From: Nannocystis bainbridge
GTDB taxonomy: Bacteria; Myxococcota_A; Polyangia; Nannocystales; Nannocystaceae
Assembly (NCBI RefSeq): GCF_028368995.1
Contig: NZ_JAQNDL010000003.1
Location: forward strand, 928,001 to 992,000
DNA: 64,000 bases
Reading direction: 5' to 3'
The notes under the pieces are model-generated. The model made no database searches and was not told the DNA's origin. It saw only the letters and a list, made by a program, of their open reading frames with translations. Positions 29,975 through 39,277 of the stretch are shown here, one piece after another (position 1 is the first letter of the stretch; each line of letters opens with the position of its first letter). The position numbers and the translations under genes are program-made.

Positions 29975-31855
29975 TCAGCCCTGCGACCACGCGATCAGCA
30001 GGTCGGCGAACTGGTCGACGAGGCTCGCCATGTCGGGCCCGAGCGAGTTGGTCTCCTCGTAGTGATTGCCCTCGGCCTCGTTGATCCACGGCATCGTCTC
30101 GGCCAGCTGGAAGTCGTACTCGGGGATGATGTAGCCGAGCTCGTCGTTGCCCAGGCCGATGATCCAGCGGTAGGTCAGGCCCATGCGATCCTCGAGGTAC
30201 GGCCCCTTCGGCGCCGCCTCGAGGTCCGGCGGGTTGACGTTCTCCGGCTTGATGAGCGGGACCCCGTCGGCCTTGATCTGCGAGCCGTCGTAGCCGCCGA
30301 GCGCCAGCTCGGGCAGCAGCTCGCCGGGCACCGTCAACATCTGGATCGGCCCCAGCTCGACCAGCGCCATCTCGGTCTCGATCTCCTCCTTGCCCGGCAT
30401 GTCGGCGTTGAACACCTCGCGCTCGAGCACCTCGATGTCGAAGAACAGCTTGAAGTTGGTGTTGCGGACCCCGGCGCGGAACCGCTTGGCCGCGAAGCGC
30501 AGCGCCGGCCCCGTGATCTCCTCGCCCATCGCCACCGCGTCGAGCGCCATCTCGCCGAGCATCTGCCCGACCGAGTCGGCCTTCTCGAAGCTGGCCGCCT
30601 GGTAGGTCTCGCCGTCGGGGTTCTCGACGTTGACGCCGAGCGTCGTCATCATCCCGCCGACGGCCCCGTTGATGTAGATCGCCGGCCCGCCGAGCCCGGG
30701 CTTGCCCGGCGCCGTCTGCCACTCCGAGCCGGTCTCGACCGTGCGCCGCAGCGCGTGCACGAAGTCCGAGGTCACCAGGAAGTTGTCGTTCGCCAGCGTC
30801 TCCGGGTGGCACGAGTAGTTGACGATCGTGGCGATCGGCACGCCCTCGGTGTCGACCAGGTGGGCCGCCGAGATGGTCTCGTCGACGACCCACGGGTCCC
30901 GTGAGTCGCGGATCAGGTTGGCCATGCCGCGCGGGTGATACGTCGAGACGTCGACCTCGCCGACCTTCATCGACGCGACCTCGCGCAAGTCTTCAAAGCT
31001 GTCGGTGATCGCCGCGGCGATGGTATCGCGGACCTGCTGGCGGTACGCCGGCGTGTAGCCCGAGGTGAACAGGTCGACGCCCCACAGCCCCATCGTGTCG
31101 GGCCCCTCGTGGTTGTGCGTCGCGTGCACGATCAGGTAGTCGAGGTCGACGCCCTGCTCCGCCAGCATCGCGCGGATCGCCTCGACGTCGTTGTTGAAGA
31201 GGCCGACGGTGTCGATCGCCACGATCGCCAGCGTCGACTCGCCCTGGCGAAACACCACCGCGCGGGCCCACAGACCGTCGCCCGCGCCGACCAGCCCGTG
31301 GCTCGCGTCGCGCACCCCGTAGGCCGGGCGGTCATGGCCGAACCCGGCCATGTAGAGCGGCTGCAGCTTGCCGTCGCCCTCGCCCTCGTCGGCCGCGACA
31401 TAACCAGGGTCGCCGGGGCACTTCTGGTCGCAGCCGCAGTCGAGCAGCATGTCGTCGGCCGGCTTCCACGTGTTGTCCATGTCGACGTCGACCCACTTCT
31501 CCCAGCAGTTCGGCACCAGCGACAGCACCGCCGCGCCGGCCTCGAGCGGCGCGCCCGGCTGAGCCGCGCAGCCGCCTTGCGGGCCGTCGGGACAGAATAG
31601 ATCGGGCGGGTCGGCTGGCGGATCGCCGGTCGTGCCGGCGGTCGGGTCGGGCTCACCCGTCGAAGTCGACGCCGTCGTATCGCTGGTCGTGGTCGGCGCG
31701 ACGGTCGAGGGCGCCGCGGTATCAGACGAATCGGTGGTGACCGGGGCCGTCGCGGCGGTCGCCGAGGCGTCGTCGCCGCCGGCGGCGGGGTCGAGGCAGC
31801 CGCCGAGAGCGAGGCTTGCGAGGGCGAGAATTCGGCTGCTTCCACGCGGTGTCAT
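29975..31855 (-). CDS. Thr-rich lipoprotein with neutral/alkaline ceramidase-like domain
   Basis: Lipobox LGGC; DGLWARAVV, HATHNHEGPD, NYSCHPE, INGAVG, TVPGE, NDELGYI. Confidence 0.75.
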   Translation of the reverse strand: MTPRGSSRILALASLALGGCLDPAAGGDDASATAATAPVTTDSSDTAAPSTVAPTTTSDTTASTSTGEPDPTAGTTGDPPADPPDLFCPDGPQGGCAAQPGAPLEAGAAVLSLVPNCWEKWVDVDMDNTWKPADDMLLDCGCDQKCPGDPGYVAADEGEGDGKLQPLYMAGFGHDRPAYGVRDASHGLVGAGDGLWARAVVFRQGESTLAIVAIDTVGLFNNDVEAIRAMLAEQGVDLDYLIVHATHNHEGPDTMGLWGVDLFTSGYTPAYRQQVRDTIAAAITDSFEDLREVASMKVGEVDVSTYHPRGMANLIRDSRDPWVVDETISAAHLVDTEGVPIATIVNYSCHPETLANDNFLVTSDFVHALRRTVETGSEWQTAPGKPGLGGPAIYINGAVGGMMTTLGVNVENPDGETYQAASFEKADSVGQMLGEMALDAVAMGEEITGPALRFAAKRFRAGVRNTNFKLFFDIEVLEREVFNADMPGKEEIETEMALVELGPIQMLTVPGELLPELALGGYDGSQIKADGVPLIKPENVNPPDLEAAPKGPYLEDRMGLTYRWIIGLGNDELGYIIPEYDFQLAETMPWINEAEGNHYEETNSLGPDMASLVDQFADLLIAWSQG

Positions 31856-31922
31856 GGGCGCTCCAGAGCGATCGTCGCCAGGGTACAACAAGCGCGGGCG
31901 GCCGTGCTAAGGTCCGCGCCGC

Positions 31923-32687
31923 ATGGCGACGCGGCACTACGGCTACACCGACGTCGGCCGGGTGCGCAGCCGCAACGAGGACGCCTTCCTCGCCGACGCG
32001 CAGCTCGGCCTCTTCATCGTCTGCGACGGCGTCGGCGGCCGGGCCCGCGGCGAGATCGCCAGCCAGGAGACGGTCGAGTTCATCGTCGATTTCGTCAAGG
32101 GCGACGCGACCGACATCGAGATCGCCCGCCACGGCGGCGAGCTCGATCAAGCGGCCCGCCAGCGCCTCTCCGCGCTGCTCCGCGGGGCCATCCAGAGCGC
32201 CTGCTACATGGTCCACACCATGGGCGAGATGGACCCTGACCGCCGGGGCATGTCGACCACCGCCTCGGTGGTGCTGGTGGCCGGCCAGGTCGCCACGGTG
32301 GCGTGGGTCGGCGACTCGCGGGTCTACCTGTGGCACGCCGGCGAGCAGGTCCAGCTGACCGACGACCACACCCTGGTGAACGCGCACATCCGTCAAGGCA
32401 CGATGACGCCGGAGGCGGCCAAGGTGTCGCACCTGAAGCACGTGATCACCCGCGCCGTCGGCCACCGCGAGTTCGTCGAGGTCGACGTCCGCCAGCTCGA
32501 CCTGGCCCCCGGCGACAAGCTGCTGCTGTGCAGCGACGGCCTCCACGAGTACCTCGACGAGCCCGACCTGCTGGCCCGCCTGTTCCAGACCGACCTGGCC
32601 ACCGCCGCCCGCGACGCCGTCCGCCACGCCAACATCAACGGCGGCCGCGACAACATCACCGCGCTGTTCGTCGAGTACACCGGCTGA
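31923..32687 (+). CDS. PP2C-family Ser/Thr phosphatase
   Basis: TDVGRVRSRNED, VCDGVGG, GMSTT, VGDSR, LLCSDGL, GRDNIT. Confidence 0.92.
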   Translation: MATRHYGYTDVGRVRSRNEDAFLADAQLGLFIVCDGVGGRARGEIASQETVEFIVDFVKGDATDIEIARHGGELDQAARQRLSALLRGAIQSACYMVHTMGEMDPDRRGMSTTASVVLVAGQVATVAWVGDSRVYLWHAGEQVQLTDDHTLVNAHIRQGTMTPEAAKVSHLKHVITRAVGHREFVEVDVRQLDLAPGDKLLLCSDGLHEYLDEPDLLARLFQTDLATAARDAVRHANINGGRDNITALFVEYTG

Positions 32688-32693
32688 CTCTTC

Positions 32694-32759
32694 GGACATG
32701 TTCTCCAAAGCATGTCCCGATGGGCATGCCCTCCAGGACATGCCTCATCGAGCATGTCC
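32694..32759. repeat. 14-bp-period palindromic array, 5 units, between convergent genes
   Basis: CATG at 32697, 32711, 32725, 32739, 32753. Confidence 0.92.
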
Positions 32760-32854
32760 TATCAGCCACGCGCGATCTGCCGTATCACCTGCCTCATGGG
32801 GCAGCTCGTGAGCTGGACCGGTCCTGGCGAGCTGTCTCCGGCTCCTCTGCCAGC

Positions 32855-34297
32855 TCACTGCGTCGAGCGCACGCAGCGGGCCGCCAGCGACGTCTCCCCG
32901 CCGACCATCAGCTCGCGCCACGGCGCGTCCGGGGCTGGCGGCGTCGTGTCGTCGATCTGGACCGCCGCGCCGTCCTCCGCCCAGAACGGACCCGGACCGC
33001 GGAACACCGTCGTCAGTTGCTGGATCTCCGCCAGCAGCGGCAGGCGGAAGCCTGTCAGCGCCTCGTTGCCGTACGGCACCCGCAGGGCAGCGCAGAAGCG
33101 GCGCGCCTCTTCTTGATTGACCGCCTCGACCACCCCGCCGAACAGCTCGAGCGCGCCCTCCGAGCGGACGATAGGGATCGGCGCCACCGCGGCTGGCACT
33201 TGCAGCGGCTTGTCTTCGGCGCGCAGGTCGGCGGCGCAGCGGAAGCCGAGGCGTGGGTCGACGGCGACGATGTCCCAGCCCTCGAGCTCGGCGCCCGGGA
33301 ACCGCGGCGGGCGGGTCTCGCGGGCCGCACGGCGCTGGCCGACGTTGCCGTACTTGTACACGTGGCGGACCGGCTCGCCCGCGGGCGGCTTGCAGGCAGG
33401 GTCTTCGCCGCAGAACGCCGCCTGCTCGAACACCTGCCGCGCCACCGCCAGCGGTCCGTCGCCCGCCCGAAACTGTCCCTCGACGAACGGGCGCAGCGCC
33501 GCGTCGGCGTCGTACGTGTCGGCCACCCACTCGAGCGCGTCGCTGCCCATCCCGCGCACCCCGAAGTACGAGCTGTCCGCCCGGACATGTCCCGCTGCGT
33601 ACAGCCCTTGCGGGATCTCGTCCTTGATCTGGTTGCCCCACGGGTACACCCGCGCGTCGGGCCCGCGGGCCGCGTACTCCCACTCGGCCTCGCTGGGCAG
33701 GCGCCCGCCCGCGTGGCCGCAGTAGGCCGCAGCCTGCTGGTGGCTCACGCACGTCTGCGGCAGCGGCTCGGCGACCTCCGGCTGCAGCTCCGCCGTCGGA
33801 TCTACCTGGCCTTGGGGACAGATCGCCGGCGTGCACGCCCCGGCCGCCACGCAGCCCGCGTAGGCCCCGCGGGTGACCTCGTGCAGATCGATCCAGAAGC
33901 TGCGCAGCGCCTGGTGGCGCGGCGGGTTGCCTGACCAGCGCACCGCCGGCAGCTCGCGCGACGGCGACGAGTTGAAGTGGTCGGGCACGTTGCCGGTCAC
34001 GAACACCCCGCCGGGGATCTGGACCCGCTGGACCGTGCCCGTGTCCCACAGCCCGATCGCCACGCACTCGCCGTGGACATCGCGCCCGCTGCCGCGCCCG
34101 CACTCCGGCAGCTCCTTGGCCTGCTTCTTCTTCTCGGCCTCGGACAGCTCGGTCACCTTCGTCAGCTCCGACAGCGGCCGCGCGTCGCCGACGGCCACCG
34201 GCGCCGGCGGCGGGGCGTCGAGCGCGGCGAAGCGGCGGCTCGTGGCCTCGCAGGCGAGCAGACACAGGGGGACGACCAGGAGCGCGCGGGACATCAT
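32855..34297 (-). CDS. FGE-sulfatase (SUMF1/EgtB/PvdO) domain lipoprotein
   Basis: Lipobox LLAC; FWIDLHEVT, RLPSEAEWEYAARG, YPWGN, GFRCA. Confidence 0.85.
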   Translation of the reverse strand: MMSRALLVVPLCLLACEATSRRFAALDAPPPAPVAVGDARPLSELTKVTELSEAEKKKQAKELPECGRGSGRDVHGECVAIGLWDTGTVQRVQIPGGVFVTGNVPDHFNSSPSRELPAVRWSGNPPRHQALRSFWIDLHEVTRGAYAGCVAAGACTPAICPQGQVDPTAELQPEVAEPLPQTCVSHQQAAAYCGHAGGRLPSEAEWEYAARGPDARVYPWGNQIKDEIPQGLYAAGHVRADSSYFGVRGMGSDALEWVADTYDADAALRPFVEGQFRAGDGPLAVARQVFEQAAFCGEDPACKPPAGEPVRHVYKYGNVGQRRAARETRPPRFPGAELEGWDIVAVDPRLGFRCAADLRAEDKPLQVPAAVAPIPIVRSEGALELFGGVVEAVNQEEARRFCAALRVPYGNEALTGFRLPLLAEIQQLTTVFRGPGPFWAEDGAAVQIDDTTPPAPDAPWRELMVGGETSLAARCVRSTQ

Positions 34298-35781
34298 GGG
34301 CTGCGGAACTCGAAGCGTTGCAGGTGGGACTGTGCCATGGGCGGGGTCGTCAGCGACAGCACGAACATCGTGATCGCGTTGAGCACCAGCCCGACCGCGC
34401 CGATCTGCAGGTCGAGCGGGTTACACCACGCGTAGAGCCCCGGCGCCAGCAGCTTGGCCAGGAACAGCGCGAACGCCACCCCGAGGCCGACCAGCAGGCC
34501 GGCCTCGGCGGCCACGCGGTTGGCCCGCCGCCAGTACAGCCCGAGGACCACCGGCGGCAGGAACTGCACCGGCACCGCGTACGCCAGCAGCAGCAGGTCG
34601 ACGATCGACAGCTTGCTGGCGACGACCAGCATCCCCAGCCCGAGCGCGAACAGCACGAGCACGCCCATCCGCATCAGCCGCGTCTGCGTCTGCTCCTTCA
34701 GCGGCAGCCCGAGCCCCGAGACCAGCACGTCGCGGACGAAGATCGACGCTCCGCCGTGCAGCAGCGAGTCGCCGGTCGACATCGAAGCCGCCAGCACCGC
34801 CGTGCAGAACGCCGCGAACACCCACGGCCCGCCGACCTCCGGCCGGCTGACGAGCCACAGCAGCACCCCCTCGTCGCGCGGCGCCCCTGGCAGCAGCAGC
34901 GCCGCGTAGCCGAGGAACAGCAGCGGGATCAGGAACACCAGGAAGCTCGGGTACGTCACCGCCGAGTACTGCACCGCTCGCGCGCTGCGGGCCGTGAAGC
35001 ACTTCATGAACACCTGCGGCCACATCGCGAACCCCAGCGTCGACATCACGATCTCCGCCGTGTACTGGAACGACGAGGTCCCTGGCGCCGGCCCGGGCAG
35101 CGTCAGGTACTCCGGGTGCTCCGCGATCACGCGGTCGAACATCGGCGCCACCCCGCCGAACAGCTGGCCCGGGATCGCCAGCCCGAGCCACCACACCACC
35201 GCCAGCATCGCCACGCCTTGCAGCACATTGGTCCAGCCGACCCCGCGCATGCCGCCGAACATCACGTAGACCGCGACCACCGCGTAGACCACCGCCGCGC
35301 CGAGCAGCGGCGACCAGCCGAGCGCGTGGTGCATCACGATCCCCGCGCCCTTGAACTGGATCGCCAGGTACGGGATGAACGCCAGCAGCGACGCCGCGCC
35401 CATCACCGTCGTCACCCGACGGCTGTCGTAGCGGGCCCCGATCAGCTCCGCCTGCGTCACCAGCCCGAGGCGCGCGCCCATGCGGCGCACGCGGGCCCCG
35501 AAGTAGAACACCGGCACGAACGCCGCGGCCCCGTAGGCCAGCATGTAGAACGCGTCCGAGCCCTTGCTGATGACCCGCTGCGGCGTGCCGAGCAGCGCGT
35601 AGGCGCTGAAGATCATCGCCCCCATCACGAAGTACATCAGCACCGGCCCGAACGAGCGCTCGCCGGTGACGAAGTCGTCGGCGCCGCCCGAGCCGCGGCG
35701 GCCGGCGATCAGGCCGACCGCCAGCGAGACCGCCAGGTAGACGAACACCGCGTACGGCGCGACCGCGCCCATGTCACCCAT
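34294..35781 (-). CDS. Sodium:solute symporter (SSS) family protein
   Basis: About 13 TM segments; FSAYALLG, GGMRGVGWTNVLQG, AASMSTGDS. Confidence 0.9.
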   Translation of the reverse strand: MGDMGAVAPYAVFVYLAVSLAVGLIAGRRGSGGADDFVTGERSFGPVLMYFVMGAMIFSAYALLGTPQRVISKGSDAFYMLAYGAAAFVPVFYFGARVRRMGARLGLVTQAELIGARYDSRRVTTVMGAASLLAFIPYLAIQFKGAGIVMHHALGWSPLLGAAVVYAVVAVYVMFGGMRGVGWTNVLQGVAMLAVVWWLGLAIPGQLFGGVAPMFDRVIAEHPEYLTLPGPAPGTSSFQYTAEIVMSTLGFAMWPQVFMKCFTARSARAVQYSAVTYPSFLVFLIPLLFLGYAALLLPGAPRDEGVLLWLVSRPEVGGPWVFAAFCTAVLAASMSTGDSLLHGGASIFVRDVLVSGLGLPLKEQTQTRLMRMGVLVLFALGLGMLVVASKLSIVDLLLLAYAVPVQFLPPVVLGLYWRRANRVAAEAGLLVGLGVAFALFLAKLLAPGLYAWCNPLDLQIGAVGLVLNAITMFVLSLTTPPMAQSHLQRFEFRSP

Positions 35782-35998
35782 GCTCGTCCTCGGCTTCGAC
35801 GGCGTCGACCGCCCGGCTCAGGTAGAGCCCCACCAGCACCGCCGTGTTGGCGAGGATGATCAGGACCACATACGCCAGCGACCACGGCACCCCGAGCACG
35901 CGCGGCTCGATGTGGTCGCCCAGGAGCGGATAGAGCGGCCACACCAGCATCGCCGTCGAGGCGACGAAGTACAGCGGCGACAGGCGAACCCAGCGCAT
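35774..35998 (-). CDS. Small 2-TM SSS partner protein (DUF3311-like)
   Basis: EPRVLGVPW motif; overlaps the start of the SSS gene. Confidence 0.7.
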   Translation of the reverse strand: MRWVRLSPLYFVASTAMLVWPLYPLLGDHIEPRVLGVPWSLAYVVLIILANTAVLVGLYLSRAVDAVEAEDEHG

Positions 35999-36079
35999 CG
36001 ACCATCACTGATACGAGAAATTTCGCGCCGTTCCCAGGCCCTTCCGGCCCTGCGCGGCCGGCGGTACACTCGCGGGCGC

Positions 36080-36553
36080 ATGAGTCGCAGCACCCAGCTC
36101 GCCGTCGGCGAAGTCGCCCCTGACTTCAGCTTGCAGGACCAGGAGGGCCGCACCGTCGCCCTCGCCGATTTGATCAAGGAGCGCTGCGTCGTCCTTTACT
36201 TCTATCCCAAGGACGACACCCCTGGCTGCACCGTCGAGGCTTGCAGCTTCCGCGACAGCTACACCGTGTTCGCCGACGCCGGCGCCGAGGTGATCGGCAT
36301 CAGCAGCGACGGCGTGGCCGCCCACAAGGCGTTCGCGGCCAAGCACAACCTGCCGTTCCGGCTCCTGAGCGATCGCGGCGGCGAGGTGCGGGCCAACTTC
36401 GGCGTGAAGAAGACGCTCGGCCTCATCGACGGTCGGGTCACCTTCATCATCGACCGCGGCGGCGTGGTGCGGCACGTGTTCTCGTCGCAGATCCGGCCCA
36501 AGAAACACGTGGCCGAGGCGCTCGAGATCGTGCGAAGTCTCGCATCTTCCTGA
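36080..36553 (+). CDS. bcp: Peroxiredoxin BCP/PrxQ
   Basis: APDFSLQDQEG, VLYFYPKDDTPGCTVEACSFRD, GRVTFIID. Confidence 0.93.
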   Translation: MSRSTQLAVGEVAPDFSLQDQEGRTVALADLIKERCVVLYFYPKDDTPGCTVEACSFRDSYTVFADAGAEVIGISSDGVAAHKAFAAKHNLPFRLLSDRGGEVRANFGVKKTLGLIDGRVTFIIDRGGVVRHVFSSQIRPKKHVAEALEIVRSLASS

Positions 36554-36807
36554 GCTCGGTGAGCATGCTCCACTCGGTTGACGCCTTTAGACCCCACCCC
36601 CTGGGGACCTGGAGGCGAACCGCGAAGGTAGGCTCCGAGGGGTGCAGCGGGGGTCTGGAACGATGTCCGGCCAGCCCTCGACAAACTTTCAGTGTGACGC
36701 ATCCCCGTGGGGCGCCGGTGGCACCGTCCCCCAAGACGGACCATGGTTGACCGAACGTCGAGCGCGGCGCCCGCAGCCCAGCGCGGCTCGACGCAGGAGA
36801 CACAGCC

Positions 36808-37206
36808 ATGAGCCTCTTTGCCAACATCGAACATTTGGCGGCCGCCCCGGGCGTCGTCGCCGTCACGATCGACTCACCCAACCACCCGCGAGGATTCCGG
36901 GGCGTCGACACCTGGTCGCCCGTCCTCGACGCCTCGTTGCAGCTGTTCGGCCAGACCGGCGAGGACACCATCCGCCTCGTCATCGGCCAGCACACGGTCA
37001 TCATCCAGAAGGAGCACGGCGACACGGTCGCCGTCGTGTTGCCCACCGGGCACGCGATCGCCAAGTCGCTCCGGCGGATGATCCGCCGCCTCGCCAAGAA
37101 GGAGCGAGGCCCGGTCACGACCGCGCGAGCGCCGCAGGCGCCCGCCGAGACCCCCTCGGGGAGCGGTTCCGAGCCCTCGCCGCTCGATCGACCGGAGGCG
37201 GCCTGA
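36808..37206 (+). CDS. Hypothetical protein, possible Roadblock/longin-like fold
   Basis: AGGAG RBS and good codon bias; the alpha-beta-beta-alpha-beta-beta-beta-alpha pattern is inferred by eye. Confidence 0.6.
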   Translation: MSLFANIEHLAAAPGVVAVTIDSPNHPRGFRGVDTWSPVLDASLQLFGQTGEDTIRLVIGQHTVIIQKEHGDTVAVVLPTGHAIAKSLRRMIRRLAKKERGPVTTARAPQAPAETPSGSGSEPSPLDRPEAA

Positions 37207-37476
37207 CCGGGGCCCCCTGGGCCTCCTGGACCCCAATGCGCGGGCCTCTGGCGCGCGCCTCCGCTCGGAGTGCGTGATGGGCGCACCTGGAACGAGTCGC
37301 CTTCCGAGCGGCGATCACGTCTGACGTGTCTCTCTCGACAGGTCGCGTGACCTGTCCTCAAGCACCACCGGACGCTCCCCTGGCCGTCTGGACCCCGAGC
37401 CCATCGGGCCAACTCACCCTCCGACGCGGCGCAGCCCACGACCTCGTGGCCTGCGCCGCGCTGCTATCATCCGCGC

Positions 37477-38676
37477 GTGCGACTCTGCGTGCTCGCCCTC
37501 GCCGTGCTCGTGTGCGCCTGCGGTGCGCACGACGACGCCCCGCCGATCGAGGTCAAGCCGGACCCGAGCTTGACGCTGCCGCCGCTGGCCCGCGACCGCG
37601 ACCCGACCACGCGTCCGCCCGGCACCGACCCGGCCGACGCGATGACGCTGCACTTTATCGACATCGGCCAGGGCGACGCGACCCTGCTCGAGTTCCCGTG
37701 CGGCGCGGCGCTGATCGACACCGGCGGCGAGAAGAACGAGCTGTTCGACGGCGAGGCCGCGCTCTACGCCTACCTCGACGCGTTCTTCGCCCGCCGCGCC
37801 GACCTCAATCGCACCCTCGACCTGCTGCTCGTCACCCACCCCCACATCGACCACAACCGCGGCGCCCTCGGCGTGCTCGAGCGCTACACCGTCAAGAACG
37901 TGGTCGACAACGGCGCCGACGCCCCGCACAGCCACAACGACGGCACCGAGGACCCCGGCGCGACCCAGCAGATGGCCGTGCACGCCTGGCTGCGCGACCA
38001 CGCCGACAAGGGCGTGCAGTACGCCGCCGTCGGCGCCGGCGAAGTGCCCGCGGCCGGCCTCACCAGCGCCGTGCTCGACCCGATCGGCAGCTGCGCCCGC
38101 GCGCCCACCGACCCCAAGCTGACCGCGCTGTGGGGCACCGTCACCCACGACGTCGAGACCTACGGCGACAACCCCAACAACCACAGCGTCGTCGTGCGCG
38201 TCGACTACGGCGAGGCCTCGGCGCTGTTCACCGGCGACCTCGAGCTCATCGGTTTATCGCGCCTGGCCGACCGCTACGAGAAGCACCCGGAGCTGCTCGA
38301 TGTCGACATCTACCAGGTCGGCCACCACGGCAGCAAAAACGCCACCATCCACTACCAGATGGCGCTGATGAGCCCGCGCGTGGCCGTGATCTCGATGGGC
38401 CCGTACGAGCGCAACATCCCGTGGACCGCCCGCAAGTACGGCCACCCGCACATCGTCGCGCTCGAGCACCTCGTGCACCCCGAATACGGCGTCCGCGGCC
38501 GCCGCGCCCCCGTGCAGGCGATGGTCGGCTTCCGCGGCGCGTATCAAGACAAGGTCACCGAGATCTTCCAGCGCCGCACGATCGACCGCGCGATCTACGG
38601 GACCGGCTGGGACGGGACGGTGGTGGTCGCGGCCAACGCCAACGGCTGGCTCGAGGTCAAAACCTCGGGCCGCTGA
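37477..38676 (+). CDS. ComEC/Rec2-type metallo-beta-lactamase-fold lipoprotein (no membrane channel domain)
   Basis: Lipobox VCAC; FIDIGQGDATL, THPHIDH, NNHSVV, LFTGD, VGHHGS. Confidence 0.88.
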   Translation: MRLCVLALAVLVCACGAHDDAPPIEVKPDPSLTLPPLARDRDPTTRPPGTDPADAMTLHFIDIGQGDATLLEFPCGAALIDTGGEKNELFDGEAALYAYLDAFFARRADLNRTLDLLLVTHPHIDHNRGALGVLERYTVKNVVDNGADAPHSHNDGTEDPGATQQMAVHAWLRDHADKGVQYAAVGAGEVPAAGLTSAVLDPIGSCARAPTDPKLTALWGTVTHDVETYGDNPNNHSVVVRVDYGEASALFTGDLELIGLSRLADRYEKHPELLDVDIYQVGHHGSKNATIHYQMALMSPRVAVISMGPYERNIPWTARKYGHPHIVALEHLVHPEYGVRGRRAPVQAMVGFRGAYQDKVTEIFQRRTIDRAIYGTGWDGTVVVAANANGWLEVKTSGR

Positions 38677-38814
38677 CCGCGCCGGGGTCACGGCCTGGCG
38701 TCCGGATCGCCGCGGCCGACCCGGTCCATGCCCTGGGCCACACGCGGACGGACCGACGCCGGCCCCGCCGAGGCGCCTTGCCGCCCGCCGGCCCGCTCGC
38801 GCATAGTCCCCCGC

Positions 38815-39021
<207 letters not shown>

Positions 39022-39230
39022 TCGCCTGACCTTCGGGACATGTCCGTTCGCGCATGTCCCGAAGGCCACGTCCGCCGAAGCCCACCCGCGGGCGCCGTCC
39101 TCTCCGCCATGAGGGCGCCGCGCTCGCTGCACCTGCGTCGACCATCGCCGGAGCGCCGCGCTCGCGTCGCGCCCGCTCGCACGCAAGGGTTTAGTCGAGT
39201 TCGCCGCGACATGTCCCTGGCGACATGTCC
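39022..39230. repeat. 14-bp-period palindromic arrays (4 + 2 units) between convergent genes
   Basis: Centres at 39025, 39039, 39053, 39067 and at 39210, 39224. Confidence 0.85.
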
Positions 39231-39277
39231 CATCCGCCAGCAAGCCGCCGCGCCCGCCTCGCGGCTCGGCGCGAGCC

